Assembly (NCBI GenBank): GCA_002700385.1
Contig: PADC01000009.1
Span: 2,094 to 66,093, forward strand
Length of the DNA stretch: 64,000 bases
Reading direction: 5' to 3'
Source of the DNA: Cycloclasticus sp.
GTDB taxonomy: Bacteria; Pseudomonadota; Gammaproteobacteria; Methylococcales; Cycloclasticaceae
In this document: piece after piece, positions 46,575-57,138 of the stretch
How positions within the stretch are numbered: the first letter of the stretch is position 1
How the letters are laid out: each line of letters opens with the position of its first letter
Position numbers and translations under genes: made by a program
The notes under the pieces: generated by a model
Told to the model about the DNA's origin: nothing
Database searches by the model: none
The model's input: the letters and a program-made list of their open reading frames with translations, nothing else

Positions 46575-47192
46575 TTACTCATCCGCTTTGTAAACCGGTA
46601 ACTTCATATCAAACAAGTTATCCACGTGACAATAACTGTGACCACCTAACCGCCCTATCACATCTAAACCCGCCATATCGACATAACGCCCATCGTAAAG
46701 CTCGTCATCAATATGACAATAAACAACCTCAGCAATCACCAAACCACACTCTCGTCGAGTACCTTCATTGACAGGGACTACTTGAATCAAACGACATTCA
46801 AGGCTGACTGGCGACTCGGCAACACAAGGTGGGGTAATTATTTCAGAGGGTGACGTTGTTAAACCTGCCACGTCAAACTCATTTACTTCAGTCGGGTATT
46901 CAGCAGCCGTTTTATTCATTGCTTCTGCGATATCACGGTTGACTAAATTAACAACAAATTCGCCTGTTTCTTCAATATTAACCAAGCTATCTTTTTCCTT
47001 AGGCCCTGCAAATCGGGCAATAGACACGCTAATAGTCGGCGGCACATAACAAACACCATTAAAAAATGAAAAAGGCGCTAAATTCAAAACACCTGATTTC
47101 GATTGAGACGAGATAAAAGCAATCGGTCTTGGAACAACAACTGCTTTAAGAATATTAAAAAACCTGTCGTGTGTTTTCGGGTCAATTTTCAT
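46575..47192 (-). CDS. Flavin reductase-like (FMN-binding split-barrel) protein
   Basis: 205 aa. VVPRPIAFISSQSKSGVLNLAPFSFFN typical of the flavin-reductase domain. Confidence 0.7.
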   Translation of the reverse strand: MKIDPKTHDRFFNILKAVVVPRPIAFISSQSKSGVLNLAPFSFFNGVCYVPPTISVSIARFAGPKEKDSLVNIEETGEFVVNLVNRDIAEAMNKTAAEYPTEVNEFDVAGLTTSPSEIITPPCVAESPVSLECRLIQVVPVNEGTRRECGLVIAEVVYCHIDDELYDGRYVDMAGLDVIGRLGGHSYCHVDNLFDMKLPVYKADE

Positions 47193-47248
47193 TTATCCAC
47201 CTCGGTTTGAATTTGAATAGATTCTACCATTCAATCTTACCCTCTCAC

Positions 47249-47279
47249 AAAAAAGGAGCTCAGTTGAGCCCCTTTTTTT
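47249..47279 (-). terminator. Rho-independent terminator after the hydratase gene
   Basis: A-run, GGAGCTCA gt TGAGCCCC, T7. The hairpin is flanked by A/T runs and lies 28 nt past the stop at 47307. Confidence 0.6.
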
Positions 47280-47306
47280 GAGTGTTTAAAAAAAACAAAT
47301 TGTTAT

Positions 47307-48110
47307 TTATTGTGCCGATGGAAAATTCGGCGCTCTTTTCTCGCGTACAGAAGCAACACCTTCCTTTGCATCATCACTCAAGAAATTAAGCATTTCCTCG
47401 CGCAGTGAGGCTTCAAAAATCGGAGAAGCCATTTTCATCCAGCCATTCAATGTGTTCTTGGTACCATTAATCGCAGATTGACTCCCTTTCGCTAATTGAT
47501 TCGCCACTTTAAAGGCTTCGTCCATCAACGCATTATGAGGGACACACAAGCTGACCATGCCCATTTGCTCTGCTTGTTCACCATTGATAAATTCAGCAGT
47601 CATCAGATAGTACTTGGCTTTTGCCATGCCACATAAGAGTGGCCAAATAATAGCCGCATGATCACCAGCAGCGACGCCTAACTTAACGTGTCCATCGGTG
47701 AATTTCCCTTTTTCTTTTGAAATAATGCTGATATCTGCCAGCATAGCCACTACCAACCCTGCGCCAACAGCAACACCGTTAATAGCTGAAATAATTGGTT
47801 TTTCAAAACTTAAAATATTGTAAACAAGATCCGCCGCTTCTTGACGCACCCCTTCAATCGCTTTCGGGTTACCCACCATGCCGCTCACCCAATCAAGATC
47901 ACCACCCGCTGAAAAGGCACGGTCACCAGCGCCTGTTACAACAACATTTTTAACCGTCTCATCCTCTTGGATAACAGCCCAAATTTTCGTTAACTCCCAG
48001 TGTAAGCGTGCGTTAGTTGCATTCATCACATCGGGTCTGTTAATGGTCATTAGCAGAACACCGTTATCTTTACGATCAAATAATAAATGCTGAAAATCTT
48101 TATAATTCAT
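47307..48110 (-). CDS. Enoyl-CoA hydratase/isomerase
   Basis: 267 aa. GAGDRAFSAGGDLDW and AINGVAVGAGLVVAMLADISI. Confidence 0.8.
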   Translation of the reverse strand: MNYKDFQHLLFDRKDNGVLLMTINRPDVMNATNARLHWELTKIWAVIQEDETVKNVVVTGAGDRAFSAGGDLDWVSGMVGNPKAIEGVRQEAADLVYNILSFEKPIISAINGVAVGAGLVVAMLADISIISKEKGKFTDGHVKLGVAAGDHAAIIWPLLCGMAKAKYYLMTAEFINGEQAEQMGMVSLCVPHNALMDEAFKVANQLAKGSQSAINGTKNTLNGWMKMASPIFEASLREEMLNFLSDDAKEGVASVREKRAPNFPSAQ

Positions 48111-48139
48111 TTTGTTACCCCCTCTTTTTAAAGTTATTT

Positions 48140-49804
48140 TTATATATCTAATTCTTTTTTCATTGCTTCGCGCATCGCAAATTTTTGAATTTTGCCTGTT
48201 ACTGTCATCGGGTATTCATCAACAAATTTGATATAGCGTGGTACTTTGTAATGAGAAATGTGCTCTTTACAGTGTGCTTTTAGTTCATCTTCCGTTAATT
48301 GCTCATTGGCTTTTAATTTCACCCAAGCACAAATTTCTTCACCCATTTTTTCATCGGGAACGCCAATCACTTGCGCGTCTTCAATTTTTTCATGTTGGTA
48401 TAAGAAATCCTCAATTTCTTTCGGGTAAATATTTTCTCCGCCACGAATCAGCATATCTTTGGAACGACCCACGACAGTGACGTAACCGTTTTCATCCATC
48501 GTGGCCAGGTCGCCGGTGTGCATCCAGCCTGCAGAATCAATGGATTCTGCGGTTTTAGCCTCATCATCCCAATAGCCGAGCATGACACTGTACCCTCTTG
48601 CACAGTACTCTCCTATCTCACCCCGCTCAACAATACGGTTGTTTTTATCAACTATTTTGCCCTCAACATGCGGATGGCTGATGCCAACTGTGGATACCCT
48701 GAGGTCAAATGAGTCATCCATTAATGATTGATTAGAAACAGGGCTTAACTCCGTCATGCCATAGGCAACTGTCATCTGATGCATGTTCATTTCATTGATC
48801 ACTTGCTTCATCACCTCTATCGGACAAGGCGAACCAGCCATCACCCCGGTGCGAAGCGAACTGAGGTCGTAGCGTGTAAAGTCTTCCACGCCCAACATCG
48901 CAATGAACATCGTCGGTACGCCGTACAATGTTGTACACTGCTCATCCTCTACCGTTTTTAATACCGATTTGGGTTCAAATGCTTCACCCGGCATGACTGC
49001 TGTTGCACCAGCCACGACACACATCAAGGTACCAATGACCATACCAAAACAGTGGTACATCGGGACTGGTATGCACACGGTGTCCTTTTCTGTAATGCCC
49101 ATCGTGTGTGATGTCATTAAAGCGTTGTTAACGATGCCATGATGGCTTAATGTGGCCCCTTTGGGCGAACCGGTTGTTCCGCTGGTAAACTGGATATTAA
49201 TCGCATCATCAAATTGCAATTGCTGACTTAATGATTCCATCATGGTTCTGGACTTTTCTGTCCCCATGCCCATAACATCAGCATAGTTATACATACCAGC
49301 AGTTTTTTCCTCACCTAAACGAATGATCGTGCGCAGTGAAGGCAATGTCGTTGAGATGAGTTTCCCAGCCTCACATGTTGAAATTTCGGGCGCCAGTTTA
49401 AGTAAAATATCAATGTAGTTACTGGTCTTAAAATCTGGCGATGTTACAAGCGCTACACAACCTGATTTATTTAATGCATATTCCAGTTCACTGCTCCTAT
49501 AAGCTGGATTGATATTCACTAAAATCAATCCGGCTTTTGCGGTAGCAAACTGCACAACCGCCCATTCCGCTTTATTTTGTGACCATATCCCAATCCGCTC
49601 ACCTGGCTTTAGCCCTAATTCAATGAGGCCCGCTGCAAACGCATCTACCTGTTCTTTATACTCTTGGTAACTCCAACGTATATCTTGATGACGGCTAATT
49701 AAGGCCGTTTTATCTGGAAAGCGATTCGCTGTTTCATCAAACACATTGCCAATGGTTTTACCCACCAGCGGTACATCACTAACGCCATAGTCATAGCTGA
49801 GCAT
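48140..49804 (-). CDS. AMP-dependent acyl-CoA synthetase/ligase
   Basis: 554 aa. AMP-binding motif [18 protein letters not shown], then [17 protein letters not shown] and GKIQKF. Confidence 0.85.
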   Translation of the reverse strand: MLSYDYGVSDVPLVGKTIGNVFDETANRFPDKTALISRHQDIRWSYQEYKEQVDAFAAGLIELGLKPGERIGIWSQNKAEWAVVQFATAKAGLILVNINPAYRSSELEYALNKSGCVALVTSPDFKTSNYIDILLKLAPEISTCEAGKLISTTLPSLRTIIRLGEEKTAGMYNYADVMGMGTEKSRTMMESLSQQLQFDDAINIQFTSGTTGSPKGATLSHHGIVNNALMTSHTMGITEKDTVCIPVPMYHCFGMVIGTLMCVVAGATAVMPGEAFEPKSVLKTVEDEQCTTLYGVPTMFIAMLGVEDFTRYDLSSLRTGVMAGSPCPIEVMKQVINEMNMHQMTVAYGMTELSPVSNQSLMDDSFDLRVSTVGISHPHVEGKIVDKNNRIVERGEIGEYCARGYSVMLGYWDDEAKTAESIDSAGWMHTGDLATMDENGYVTVVGRSKDMLIRGGENIYPKEIEDFLYQHEKIEDAQVIGVPDEKMGEEICAWVKLKANEQLTEDELKAHCKEHISHYKVPRYIKFVDEYPMTVTGKIQKFAMREAMKKELDI

Positions 49805-49831
49805 GTGTCCTCCTCAATTAAATTATTGTTT

Positions 49832-50740
49832 TTATACTGGGTCCCATGAAAAAACATCCGGCGAACGTTCTAAAGGATAGAAGCTGCTTTTTAATGCCGG
49901 TATTGCATGTTCAGAGATGGTTTGCGGTGTCCAGCCTTCTGAACGGTGTGTTGAGCGCAATGGCCTTGATTGCCCCATTAGGAAAATTTCATTATTACGC
50001 ACGGCAAAAATTTGACCCGATACGTCACTTGCAGCGTCACTCGCCAAGTAAACCGCCATTGATGCAATTTTGTCGGGTGTCATTTCTTTCAATTTATCAA
50101 CACGGGCTTGTTGCTCAGGTGTATTGGTCGGTATAGCCCCAATCATACGGCTCCAAGCAAAAGGTGAAATACAGTTAGAACGCACGTTATAGCGCTGCAT
50201 ATCCAGAGCAACACTTTTAGACAGCGCGGCAATACCGGCTTTGGCCGCCGAATAATTTGCCTGACCAAAATTACCGATTAAACCGGACGTTGAGGTCATA
50301 AACACAAAGCTACCGCTTTCCTGTTGTTTGAAGTGTTTAGCAGCAAAATGTGCTGTGTTAAAGCTACCGTTTAAGTGAACATTAATAACAGCATTCCACT
50401 CCTCAGGCGACATTTTATGAAAAATTCGGTCGCGTAATATGCCGGCATTATTAACAACGGTGTCAATCCGACCAAAGTTGTCTATCGCAGCCTCAACCAT
50501 CGCCTCAGCCCCTTCAAGGCTCGCAACATTATCCCCGTTTATAACCGCTTCACCACCGGCAGCACGAATCGTTGAGACGACTTCTTCTGCTGGGCTTTCA
50601 TCCGTTTCCTCGCCACCTACGCCGGCACCCAGATCATTAACAACGACTTTCGCGCCCTCTTCAGCCATCATAATGGCCATCGCACGGCCAATACCGCGGC
50701 CAGCACCGGTCACCAGTACTACTTTGTCTTTCATCATCAT
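49832..50740 (-). CDS. SDR-family dehydrogenase (3-hydroxyacyl-CoA dehydrogenase-like, C-terminal extension)
   Basis: About 302 aa from MMMKDKVVLVTGAGRGIGR (GGAGA RBS). YSAAKAG. The track start at 50908 overlaps the upstream hydratase and is rejected. Confidence 0.8.
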   Translation of the reverse strand: MMMKDKVVLVTGAGRGIGRAMAIMMAEEGAKVVVNDLGAGVGGEETDESPAEEVVSTIRAAGGEAVINGDNVASLEGAEAMVEAAIDNFGRIDTVVNNAGILRDRIFHKMSPEEWNAVINVHLNGSFNTAHFAAKHFKQQESGSFVFMTSTSGLIGNFGQANYSAAKAGIAALSKSVALDMQRYNVRSNCISPFAWSRMIGAIPTNTPEQQARVDKLKEMTPDKIASMAVYLASDAASDVSGQIFAVRNNEIFLMGQSRPLRSTHRSEGWTPQTISEHAIPALKSSFYPLERSPDVFSWDPV

Positions 50741-50768
50741 TCTATTGTCTCCAAATCTTACATTTAAT

Positions 50769-51569
50769 TTAACGCCCGTTGAATACACCTTGACGCTTCT
50801 CAAAAATCGCTTCCATCGCCTCTCTGTGGTCATTTGTCCGGTGCGAGACCGCTTGCATAACAGCCGCCATCTGCAAGTGGGTCGGCAAATCTGTACTTTG
50901 CCCTTCACGTATTAATTGCTTCGTCATACGGACTGAAACAGGGGGGTTAACGGCAATACGCTTCGCTAACGCGAGTGCTTCGTCCATCAGCTGATCATCA
51001 GCAACAACCCTTGAAACAAGACCAAACGATAAGGCCTCTTCAGCACTAATCGGGTCACCAGTAAAAGCCATTTCTGAGGCTTTTGCCAATCCAATCGCAC
51101 GAGGTAGCAACCAAGAACCTCCATCTCCTGGAATGATCCCTAATTTGACGAAACTTTCAGCAAAACGAGCACTTTGAGCGGCAATTCTTATGTCACACAT
51201 ACACGTTAAATCACATCCGGCACCAATAGCCGGCCCATTGACCGCCGCAATGATAGGAACGTCTAATGCCTCGAAAGCAAGCGGAATACGTTGTATGCCT
51301 TCGCGGTACCAGGCCGCTAGTTCATGTGGTGTTTTATTCGAATCGGTCATTTCTTGACGAATTTTTTTAACATTACCACCCGAAGAAAACGCTGGCCCAT
51401 TTCCCGTTAAAATAACGACTCGAATTTGACTGTCTTTTTGTGCTTGTTCGGCTAAAGACACCAAATCATCTATCATTTTGCCATCTGAAATAGCATTTCT
51501 CGTATCAAGCCGGTTCATTCGCCAAATGGCAATACCGTCTTTTACCTCACTTATTACATCTGTTGTCAC
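50769..51569 (-). CDS. Enoyl-CoA hydratase/isomerase
   Basis: GNGPAFSSGGNVKK and AAVNGPAIGAGCDLTCMCDIRIA. A GTG at 51569 behind a GAGGA RBS avoids the 58-nt overlap of the ATG-51644 ORF with the upstream gene. Confidence 0.75.
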   Translation of the reverse strand: MTTDVISEVKDGIAIWRMNRLDTRNAISDGKMIDDLVSLAEQAQKDSQIRVVILTGNGPAFSSGGNVKKIRQEMTDSNKTPHELAAWYREGIQRIPLAFEALDVPIIAAVNGPAIGAGCDLTCMCDIRIAAQSARFAESFVKLGIIPGDGGSWLLPRAIGLAKASEMAFTGDPISAEEALSFGLVSRVVADDQLMDEALALAKRIAVNPPVSVRMTKQLIREGQSTDLPTHLQMAAVMQAVSHRTNDHREAMEAIFEKRQGVFNGR

Positions 51570-51586
51570 TGATTTATCCTCTGCTT

Positions 51587-52621
51587 TTAACCTGTTTGTG
51601 TCGTTAGCCAACTCCACAAATTGTCTGTTTGCAAACCGAAGCAATATCTACCCAATTTAGTGGACCACTGTGCTTCATTGCCGTATTCATCACGCCAAGC
51701 CCATAATCGGCGTGTACTCAACTGAAGTGGGTATTCTTGGGTAAATCCAATAGCAGCGTGTACCGCATGAGCTGTTTTAGTCGCATACCCGGCAGATTCC
51801 CCTGTCGTGATTTTTGCACTGGCTATCAATTCCCATTCCTGCTCCGTTCCTAAATGTTCAATGGCTGCATCCACGGCGCACATAGAGGCACTGGTCATTT
51901 CAGCCAAAACGGCCATCTGTTGTTGAACTGCTTGAAATTTACCAATTTGACGGCCAAATTGCGTACGCTCATTGGCAAATTCGACGGTCATTTCCAACAC
52001 GCGTTGTAAGGCACCCGCCATTTGTGCCGCACGACCGAGCGCCAGCCAAGACTCAATTTGGTCAAGCGAAATATTTTTTAATACTTGAGTATTCGCCAGT
52101 TTATTCACCTCAATAAGCACATTATCACGTGGCTCACCTGCCATATTTTGGTCTGCGGTTATTTCAGCATCTTGGCAAGAAATAACCGCTGTATTGACTC
52201 CATTATCTGCTGGAAAAATCAGTAATAATGAGTTCGCATGCCGTGCCCAGGGAACACCGGCTAATGTTATCTCTGAGGCATCATCTATTGCTTTGGGCAA
52301 TATAACCGGTATTAATAATTCCTCATGATTCTTGATACCGACTTGAGCTGCCAGAAAAGTCCCCAATAGTGATTCAACCACTGGTAGAGGGACTGCGTGA
52401 TAGCCTGCCAACCTCATTAACACACAGCCCCCTTCAAGCCCAAGACCCGAGCCGCCTTCTTCTTCAGGTAAAAGTGTCGTTAACCAGCCATCCGCTTGAA
52501 AAGCGGACCAAATTTTATCTACAAACTGACCACTTTCCATCAGTTTGTGTCCTTTACTCGTTGAAAAACCCTCAAACAAACGCGTCGCCGATTCTTCAAT
52601 TAACTGTACTATTTCATTCAT
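51587..52621 (-). CDS. Acyl-CoA dehydrogenase-family protein, short (344 aa) subunit-like
   Basis: ACAD-like C-terminal helices (FANERTQFGRQIGKFQAVQQ ... AIGFTQEY). Its start overlaps the stop of the upstream ACAD gene by 4 nt. Confidence 0.7.
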   Translation of the reverse strand: MNEIVQLIEESATRLFEGFSTSKGHKLMESGQFVDKIWSAFQADGWLTTLLPEEEGGSGLGLEGGCVLMRLAGYHAVPLPVVESLLGTFLAAQVGIKNHEELLIPVILPKAIDDASEITLAGVPWARHANSLLLIFPADNGVNTAVISCQDAEITADQNMAGEPRDNVLIEVNKLANTQVLKNISLDQIESWLALGRAAQMAGALQRVLEMTVEFANERTQFGRQIGKFQAVQQQMAVLAEMTSASMCAVDAAIEHLGTEQEWELIASAKITTGESAGYATKTAHAVHAAIGFTQEYPLQLSTRRLWAWRDEYGNEAQWSTKLGRYCFGLQTDNLWSWLTTQTG

Positions 52622-53766
52622 CGTAGACCCAGACCTCTTGCAATGATGCCACGTAGAATTTCACGTGTGCCGCCTCGCAAGGAAAATGACGGCGCTTTTA
52701 ATATCGAATCTGATAACAATCTAGCAACCCCATCGTTAGCCGTTAAACGTGGCTCAGTTGCTAAAATCAACCGCATTGCTTCAGGTAAATCCTGTTCAAA
52801 TGATGTCCCTAAATCTTTAACCACAGACGCTTCATTGACGGGCAATTTACCTTCTTGCAATTGATTTGCAACAGACAATGACATTTGTCGAAGCACCATC
52901 AACCGGGCAACAAATTGTCCAATAACAGGCTCAGCTTGTTGTGTTATATTTGCTTCACGAAGTGTTTTAATCGCCGCCTCAAGCAATTGGTAACTACTTA
53001 AAAACCGTTCAGGGCCACTGCGTTCAAACGCTAACTCAGCAACAACCTGACTCCAACCTTCATTGACCTGGCCAACAAGCCGGTTATCTGGAACAAAAAC
53101 ATTATCAAAAAAAATCTCATTAAAATGGGCTTCACCCGCGAGCGTAACGATTGGACGCACTGTAATGCCCTTGTGATTCAGGCTGATAATTAATTGACTC
53201 ATGCCCGCATGGCGATCTTCAGAAGGGGGAGCCGTTCGGCAGAGTGTAATCATTTGATGGCAAACATGTGCCCAGCTTGTCCAAATCTTTGAACCATTAA
53301 CAAGCCAACCGCCTTCAACCTTTTCTGCTCGTGTTTTAATGGATGCTAGATCAGAGCCGCTGTTAGGCTCACTCATGCCAATTGCAAAAAAACACTCACC
53401 ACGGATTATTTTGGGTAAGAAATGTTGTCGTTGCTCTTCTGTGCCAAAGCGTAATAAAAGAGGCCCACTTTGGCGATCAGCAACCCAGTGAGCACCCACT
53501 GGGGCACCTGCTGCGAGTAATTCTTCAATAACAACATAACGCTCAAGGTAGCTACGCCCACCCCCGCCATATTTGGTGGGCCATGTCATACCTAACCAAC
53601 CTTTAGCCGCTAATGCACGACTTAATTCCGGATCACAAATAGACCATGAATCAATAATATTTGACACATTAAACGCGCCATACTGTTTAAGAAAAGCACG
53701 AACTTCATTTCTTAAAACAGCTTCTTTTTCGCCTGTTAAAACAGGGCTAAAATTCAATTTTTTCAC
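52618..53766 (-). CDS. Acyl-CoA dehydrogenase-family protein (382 aa)
   Basis: SEPNSGSDLASIKT, WTSWAH. The C-terminal LRGGTREILRGIIAR has Gly where MCAD-type enzymes carry the catalytic Glu. Confidence 0.75.
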   Translation of the reverse strand: MKKLNFSPVLTGEKEAVLRNEVRAFLKQYGAFNVSNIIDSWSICDPELSRALAAKGWLGMTWPTKYGGGGRSYLERYVVIEELLAAGAPVGAHWVADRQSGPLLLRFGTEEQRQHFLPKIIRGECFFAIGMSEPNSGSDLASIKTRAEKVEGGWLVNGSKIWTSWAHVCHQMITLCRTAPPSEDRHAGMSQLIISLNHKGITVRPIVTLAGEAHFNEIFFDNVFVPDNRLVGQVNEGWSQVVAELAFERSGPERFLSSYQLLEAAIKTLREANITQQAEPVIGQFVARLMVLRQMSLSVANQLQEGKLPVNEASVVKDLGTSFEQDLPEAMRLILATEPRLTANDGVARLLSDSILKAPSFSLRGGTREILRGIIARGLGLR

Positions 53767-53787
53767 AGACTTTAAAAGCCCCCTTAG

Positions 53788-54544
53788 TTAAACAGCCGTG
53801 TAACCACCATCTACAACCATTTCCGAGCCGTTCATGAAAGAAGAATCGTCGCTGGCTAAATGCAAAATGGCATAAGACACTTCTTTTGGTTGCGCCGGCC
53901 TATCGAGAATGGTTGAACCTAAAATGGCTTGACGTGTCTCTTCATCCGCATGCAATAAATCCTTTGTCATCGGTGTATCAATCACCCCTGGATGCACAGA
54001 ATTCACCCGAATATTGTATTGAGCATAGTCAACAGCTGTCGCTTTAGTAAACAACCTTACTGCACCTTTTGTTGCTTGATAAGCCGCAGAAACCGGCGCG
54101 CCAACGAGCCCATAAATTGAAGAAATATTAATAATAGAGCCCCCGCCTGCTTTTTTTCATCGCCGGTAAAACGGCTTTAGTACCGAAAAAAACACCTTTA
54201 ACGTTTATATCAAAGGTGCGGTCCCACTCTTCGGTTGTCGTTTCTTCCAATTGTTTAATAATTAAAATGCCCGCGTTATTTACAAGCACATCTATTTGAC
54301 CATGTGAAGCAACAACTTTATCTACAACGGATACCCATTCGGCTTCTTGGGTTACATTCAATGAATGAAATTCGGCTTTACCGCCGTTAGCAAGAATACC
54401 GTCAACAGTTGCTTTACCTTCAGCTTCGTTCATATCGGTCACCATAACTGTTGCCCCTTCAGCTGCCAGCAATTCACAATGTGTACGTCCCATACCCATC
54501 GCACCCCCTGTGACTAACGCGATTTTTTCATTTACTCTGCCCAT
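53788..54544 (-). pseudogene. SDR-family oxidoreductase interrupted by a +1 frameshift in an A7 run
   Basis: N-part (54544-54128: VTGGAMGMG, NNAG) stops at LPAMKKSRRGLYY*. Removing one A from the run (T7 on + at 54151-54157) restores AMKKAGGGSIINISSIYGLVGAPVSAAYQATKGA, which joins the C-part ending at 53788. Confidence 0.75.
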
Positions 54545-54578
54545 AATCTTCTCCTCTTATTTTTTTATCGTTTTTTAT

Positions 54579-55751
54579 TTAATATGATTTAGGCATCCCT
54601 AACACGTGTTGGCCGATGTAGCTTAAAATCATATTTGTTGAAATTGGCGCAATTAAATACAATCTCGCCTCACGCCATTTTCTTTCAATGTCATATTCCT
54701 TCGCAAAAGCAAACCCACCATGCGTTTGCATACAGGCTTCCCCGGCGTTCCAAGCAGCCTCTGCACACAGCATTTTTGCCATATTTGCTTCGGCACCACA
54801 AGGTTCACCCGCCTCAAACAGTGCAGCCGCTTTTCTAGCCATCAATTCAGCCGCTTCGATTTCTGCGTAAGCTCTTGCTATTGGAAATTGGACCCCTTGG
54901 TTTTTACCAATGGGGCCACCAAAAATTTTTCGCTCACTGGCGTAGGCTTTAGCGCGTTCAATAAAGAAGCGTGCATCCCCAATACTTTCACCGGCAATGA
55001 TGACTCGTTCGGCATTCATTCCACTCATTACATAGCGGAAACCTTTGCCTTCTTCACCTATCAATGAGTCAGCAGGGATTTCCATATTATCGAAGAAGAC
55101 TTCCGTCGTATTGTGATTAATCATGGCATCAATCGCACGAATTTCCATACCATTACCAACGACGTCGCGCATATCAACCAGAAAAATAGACATGCCATCG
55201 GTAGGCTTTGATACTTCCTCTAGGGGGGTTGTTCTAGCCAATAACAACATCAAGTCAGATTGAAAAGCACGACTGGTCCAGACTTTTTGACCATTGACAA
55301 TATATTTATCCCCTTGCTTAACGGCTCTGGTGCGCAGTTTAGTCGTATCGGAACCTGACGTTGGCTCGGTTACGCCAAAGGCTTGGAGCCTCAATTCACC
55401 CGTCGCGATTTTGGGCAAATATTTTTGTTTTTGTTCCTCACTGCCATGCCGTAATACAGCACCCATGATATACATTTGCGCATGACACGCGGACGCCGAG
55501 CCACCCGAGGCATGAATCGTTTCCATAATGACGGCCGCCGCCCGTAACGGCAAACCGACACCACCGTACTCTTCAGGAATTAGAGCGGATAAAAAACCAG
55601 ACTCTGTTAATGCATTAACAAAGGCTTCAGGGTACGCACTTTCAGCATCCAATTTACGCCAATACTCACCAGGAAAATCTGCACAAATTTTGCTAACAGC
55701 ATCACGAATATCAGCGTAGTCATTACCCAGCGGAATGGCAATTTCCTTCAT
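54579..55751 (-). CDS. Acyl-CoA dehydrogenase
   Basis: 390 aa. TEPTSGSDTTKLRT, QKVWTSRA, THGGFAFAKEYDIERKWRE. Confidence 0.8.
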   Translation of the reverse strand: MKEIAIPLGNDYADIRDAVSKICADFPGEYWRKLDAESAYPEAFVNALTESGFLSALIPEEYGGVGLPLRAAAVIMETIHASGGSASACHAQMYIMGAVLRHGSEEQKQKYLPKIATGELRLQAFGVTEPTSGSDTTKLRTRAVKQGDKYIVNGQKVWTSRAFQSDLMLLLARTTPLEEVSKPTDGMSIFLVDMRDVVGNGMEIRAIDAMINHNTTEVFFDNMEIPADSLIGEEGKGFRYVMSGMNAERVIIAGESIGDARFFIERAKAYASERKIFGGPIGKNQGVQFPIARAYAEIEAAELMARKAAALFEAGEPCGAEANMAKMLCAEAAWNAGEACMQTHGGFAFAKEYDIERKWREARLYLIAPISTNMILSYIGQHVLGMPKSY

Positions 55752-55765
55752 TTATCTTTTCTCCG

Positions 55766-56911
55766 TTAATCTTTATATCTATCGTTATCGGCACCCAATG
55801 CAGGCGCTTCGTTTTGTAGCGGTGGCCGCTGCCCATTAAACTTAATGGGCAAGCCAACAAGTTTCATTGCATTTTCAACAGACTCTTGAACGATGCCCAG
55901 TGATTGAGTTTGGGGATCATTAAGCACCTCATCAACCAATTGGATTGGTGAATTGGGTATTCCCACGTCGTCTAATTTTTTTTGCCAATGAGAACGAGGT
56001 TCTTTTATTAAAATTTCTGTCATTCGTCGATTCAGCTCAACCTTATTTTCAAATCGCTTAGGGTTCGTCTCAAAATGAGGCTCATTCGCCCACGCGGGAT
56101 GGCCTAAGACGCCTTTAAGCAGATCAAATAGTTTGTTATTCGGTGCCGCTACGACGAGGTAACCATCGGAACATTCATACGCTTGATAAGGTGAAATGCC
56201 CTGCACACCCGACCCTTGTGGTGTTGGCAGATTCCCTGTCGCATGATAACCCGCCATGTGATAAGTCATCCAACTTAAGGCTGTTTCATATAAGGCAGTA
56301 TCCACAATACACCCTTTTCCCGTTTTCTGGCGACTGAATAAAGCGGCAATAATGGCGATAGAGCACCACATGCCTGTACCCATATCAATAGCAGACGTAC
56401 CAATTCTGACAGGGGGGCGGCCCTCTTCACCATTTAAACTCATTAACCCACTGTACGCTTGCATCAATGGATCATAGCCAGGTTTGTCGGCCATTGGGCC
56501 AGTCTCACCAAACGCCCAAATATTACAATAAATAAGCCTTGGGTTTTCCTTACAAACCTCCTCTGCACCAAGTCCTAGGCTTGCAACCTTGCCTGGGCGC
56601 ATATTTTGCAGCACAACATCTGCCTTGTTAACCATTTCGTTTCTTAACCATGCCTTGTCCTTAGGGTCCTTTAAATCGACGGTCACCGATTTTTTATCTC
56701 TATTCAAAGCCTGGAACATGGCGGATGTTCCATTCCAGAATGGAGGCCCCCAGTGGCGGCAATCATCACCGCGCCCTTTAGGCTCTACTTTGATCACCTC
56801 TGCGCCCATAGCCGCTAATATCCATGTGCCAAATGGAGCCGCGACACTGGTACCTATTTCATAGACACGGATACCACTCAAAGGTAATTCCGCTTTAATG
56901 TTTTCTGGCAT
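55766..56911 (-). CDS. Family III (CaiB/BaiF) CoA-transferase
   Basis: 381 aa. N-terminal GIRVYEIGTSVAAPFGTWILAAMGAEVIKVEP characteristic of family III transferases. Confidence 0.8.
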   Translation of the reverse strand: MPENIKAELPLSGIRVYEIGTSVAAPFGTWILAAMGAEVIKVEPKGRGDDCRHWGPPFWNGTSAMFQALNRDKKSVTVDLKDPKDKAWLRNEMVNKADVVLQNMRPGKVASLGLGAEEVCKENPRLIYCNIWAFGETGPMADKPGYDPLMQAYSGLMSLNGEEGRPPVRIGTSAIDMGTGMWCSIAIIAALFSRQKTGKGCIVDTALYETALSWMTYHMAGYHATGNLPTPQGSGVQGISPYQAYECSDGYLVVAAPNNKLFDLLKGVLGHPAWANEPHFETNPKRFENKVELNRRMTEILIKEPRSHWQKKLDDVGIPNSPIQLVDEVLNDPQTQSLGIVQESVENAMKLVGLPIKFNGQRPPLQNEAPALGADNDRYKD

Positions 56912-56956
56912 CTTTATTCCTAATCATTACTAATGACCTGCATTGATATGGCTGAC

Positions 56957-56982
56957 AAAAAAGACGAGGCATAAAGCCTCGT
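56957..56982 (-). terminator. Terminator-like hairpin between the ABM gene and the CoA-transferase operon
   Basis: ACGAGGC ataaa GCCTCGT preceded on + by A6, which gives a U run on the minus strand. Confidence 0.5.
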
Positions 56983-57138
56983 TAAATTAAGAAGCACAAC
57001 TTTCTACCTAACAGTTGTTATAATATAATACTTTTTTTCAACACGGTAAATCAACACATTCTAACTGCCTCATCTCAGTCTTTAAACTGATGACTAGTAC
57101 AGATAATAAACCCCTAGAAATCAAATTTCCTCTGCGGG

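Noticed and set aside
50741-50908. 56-codon N-terminal extension of the SDR ORF (MKGKVQICRPTC...)
   Set aside because: It overlaps the 3' end of the upstream hydratase gene and is Arg/Cys-rich junk. MMMKDKVVLVTG with a GGAGA RBS at 50740 is the plausible start.
57009-57020. TAACAgtTGTTA palindrome (and CTAACattaGTTAG at 39078-39091) as stray attC sites
   Set aside because: At 12-14 bp they are far too short, with no bipartite arms. They are more likely operator-type palindromes or chance.
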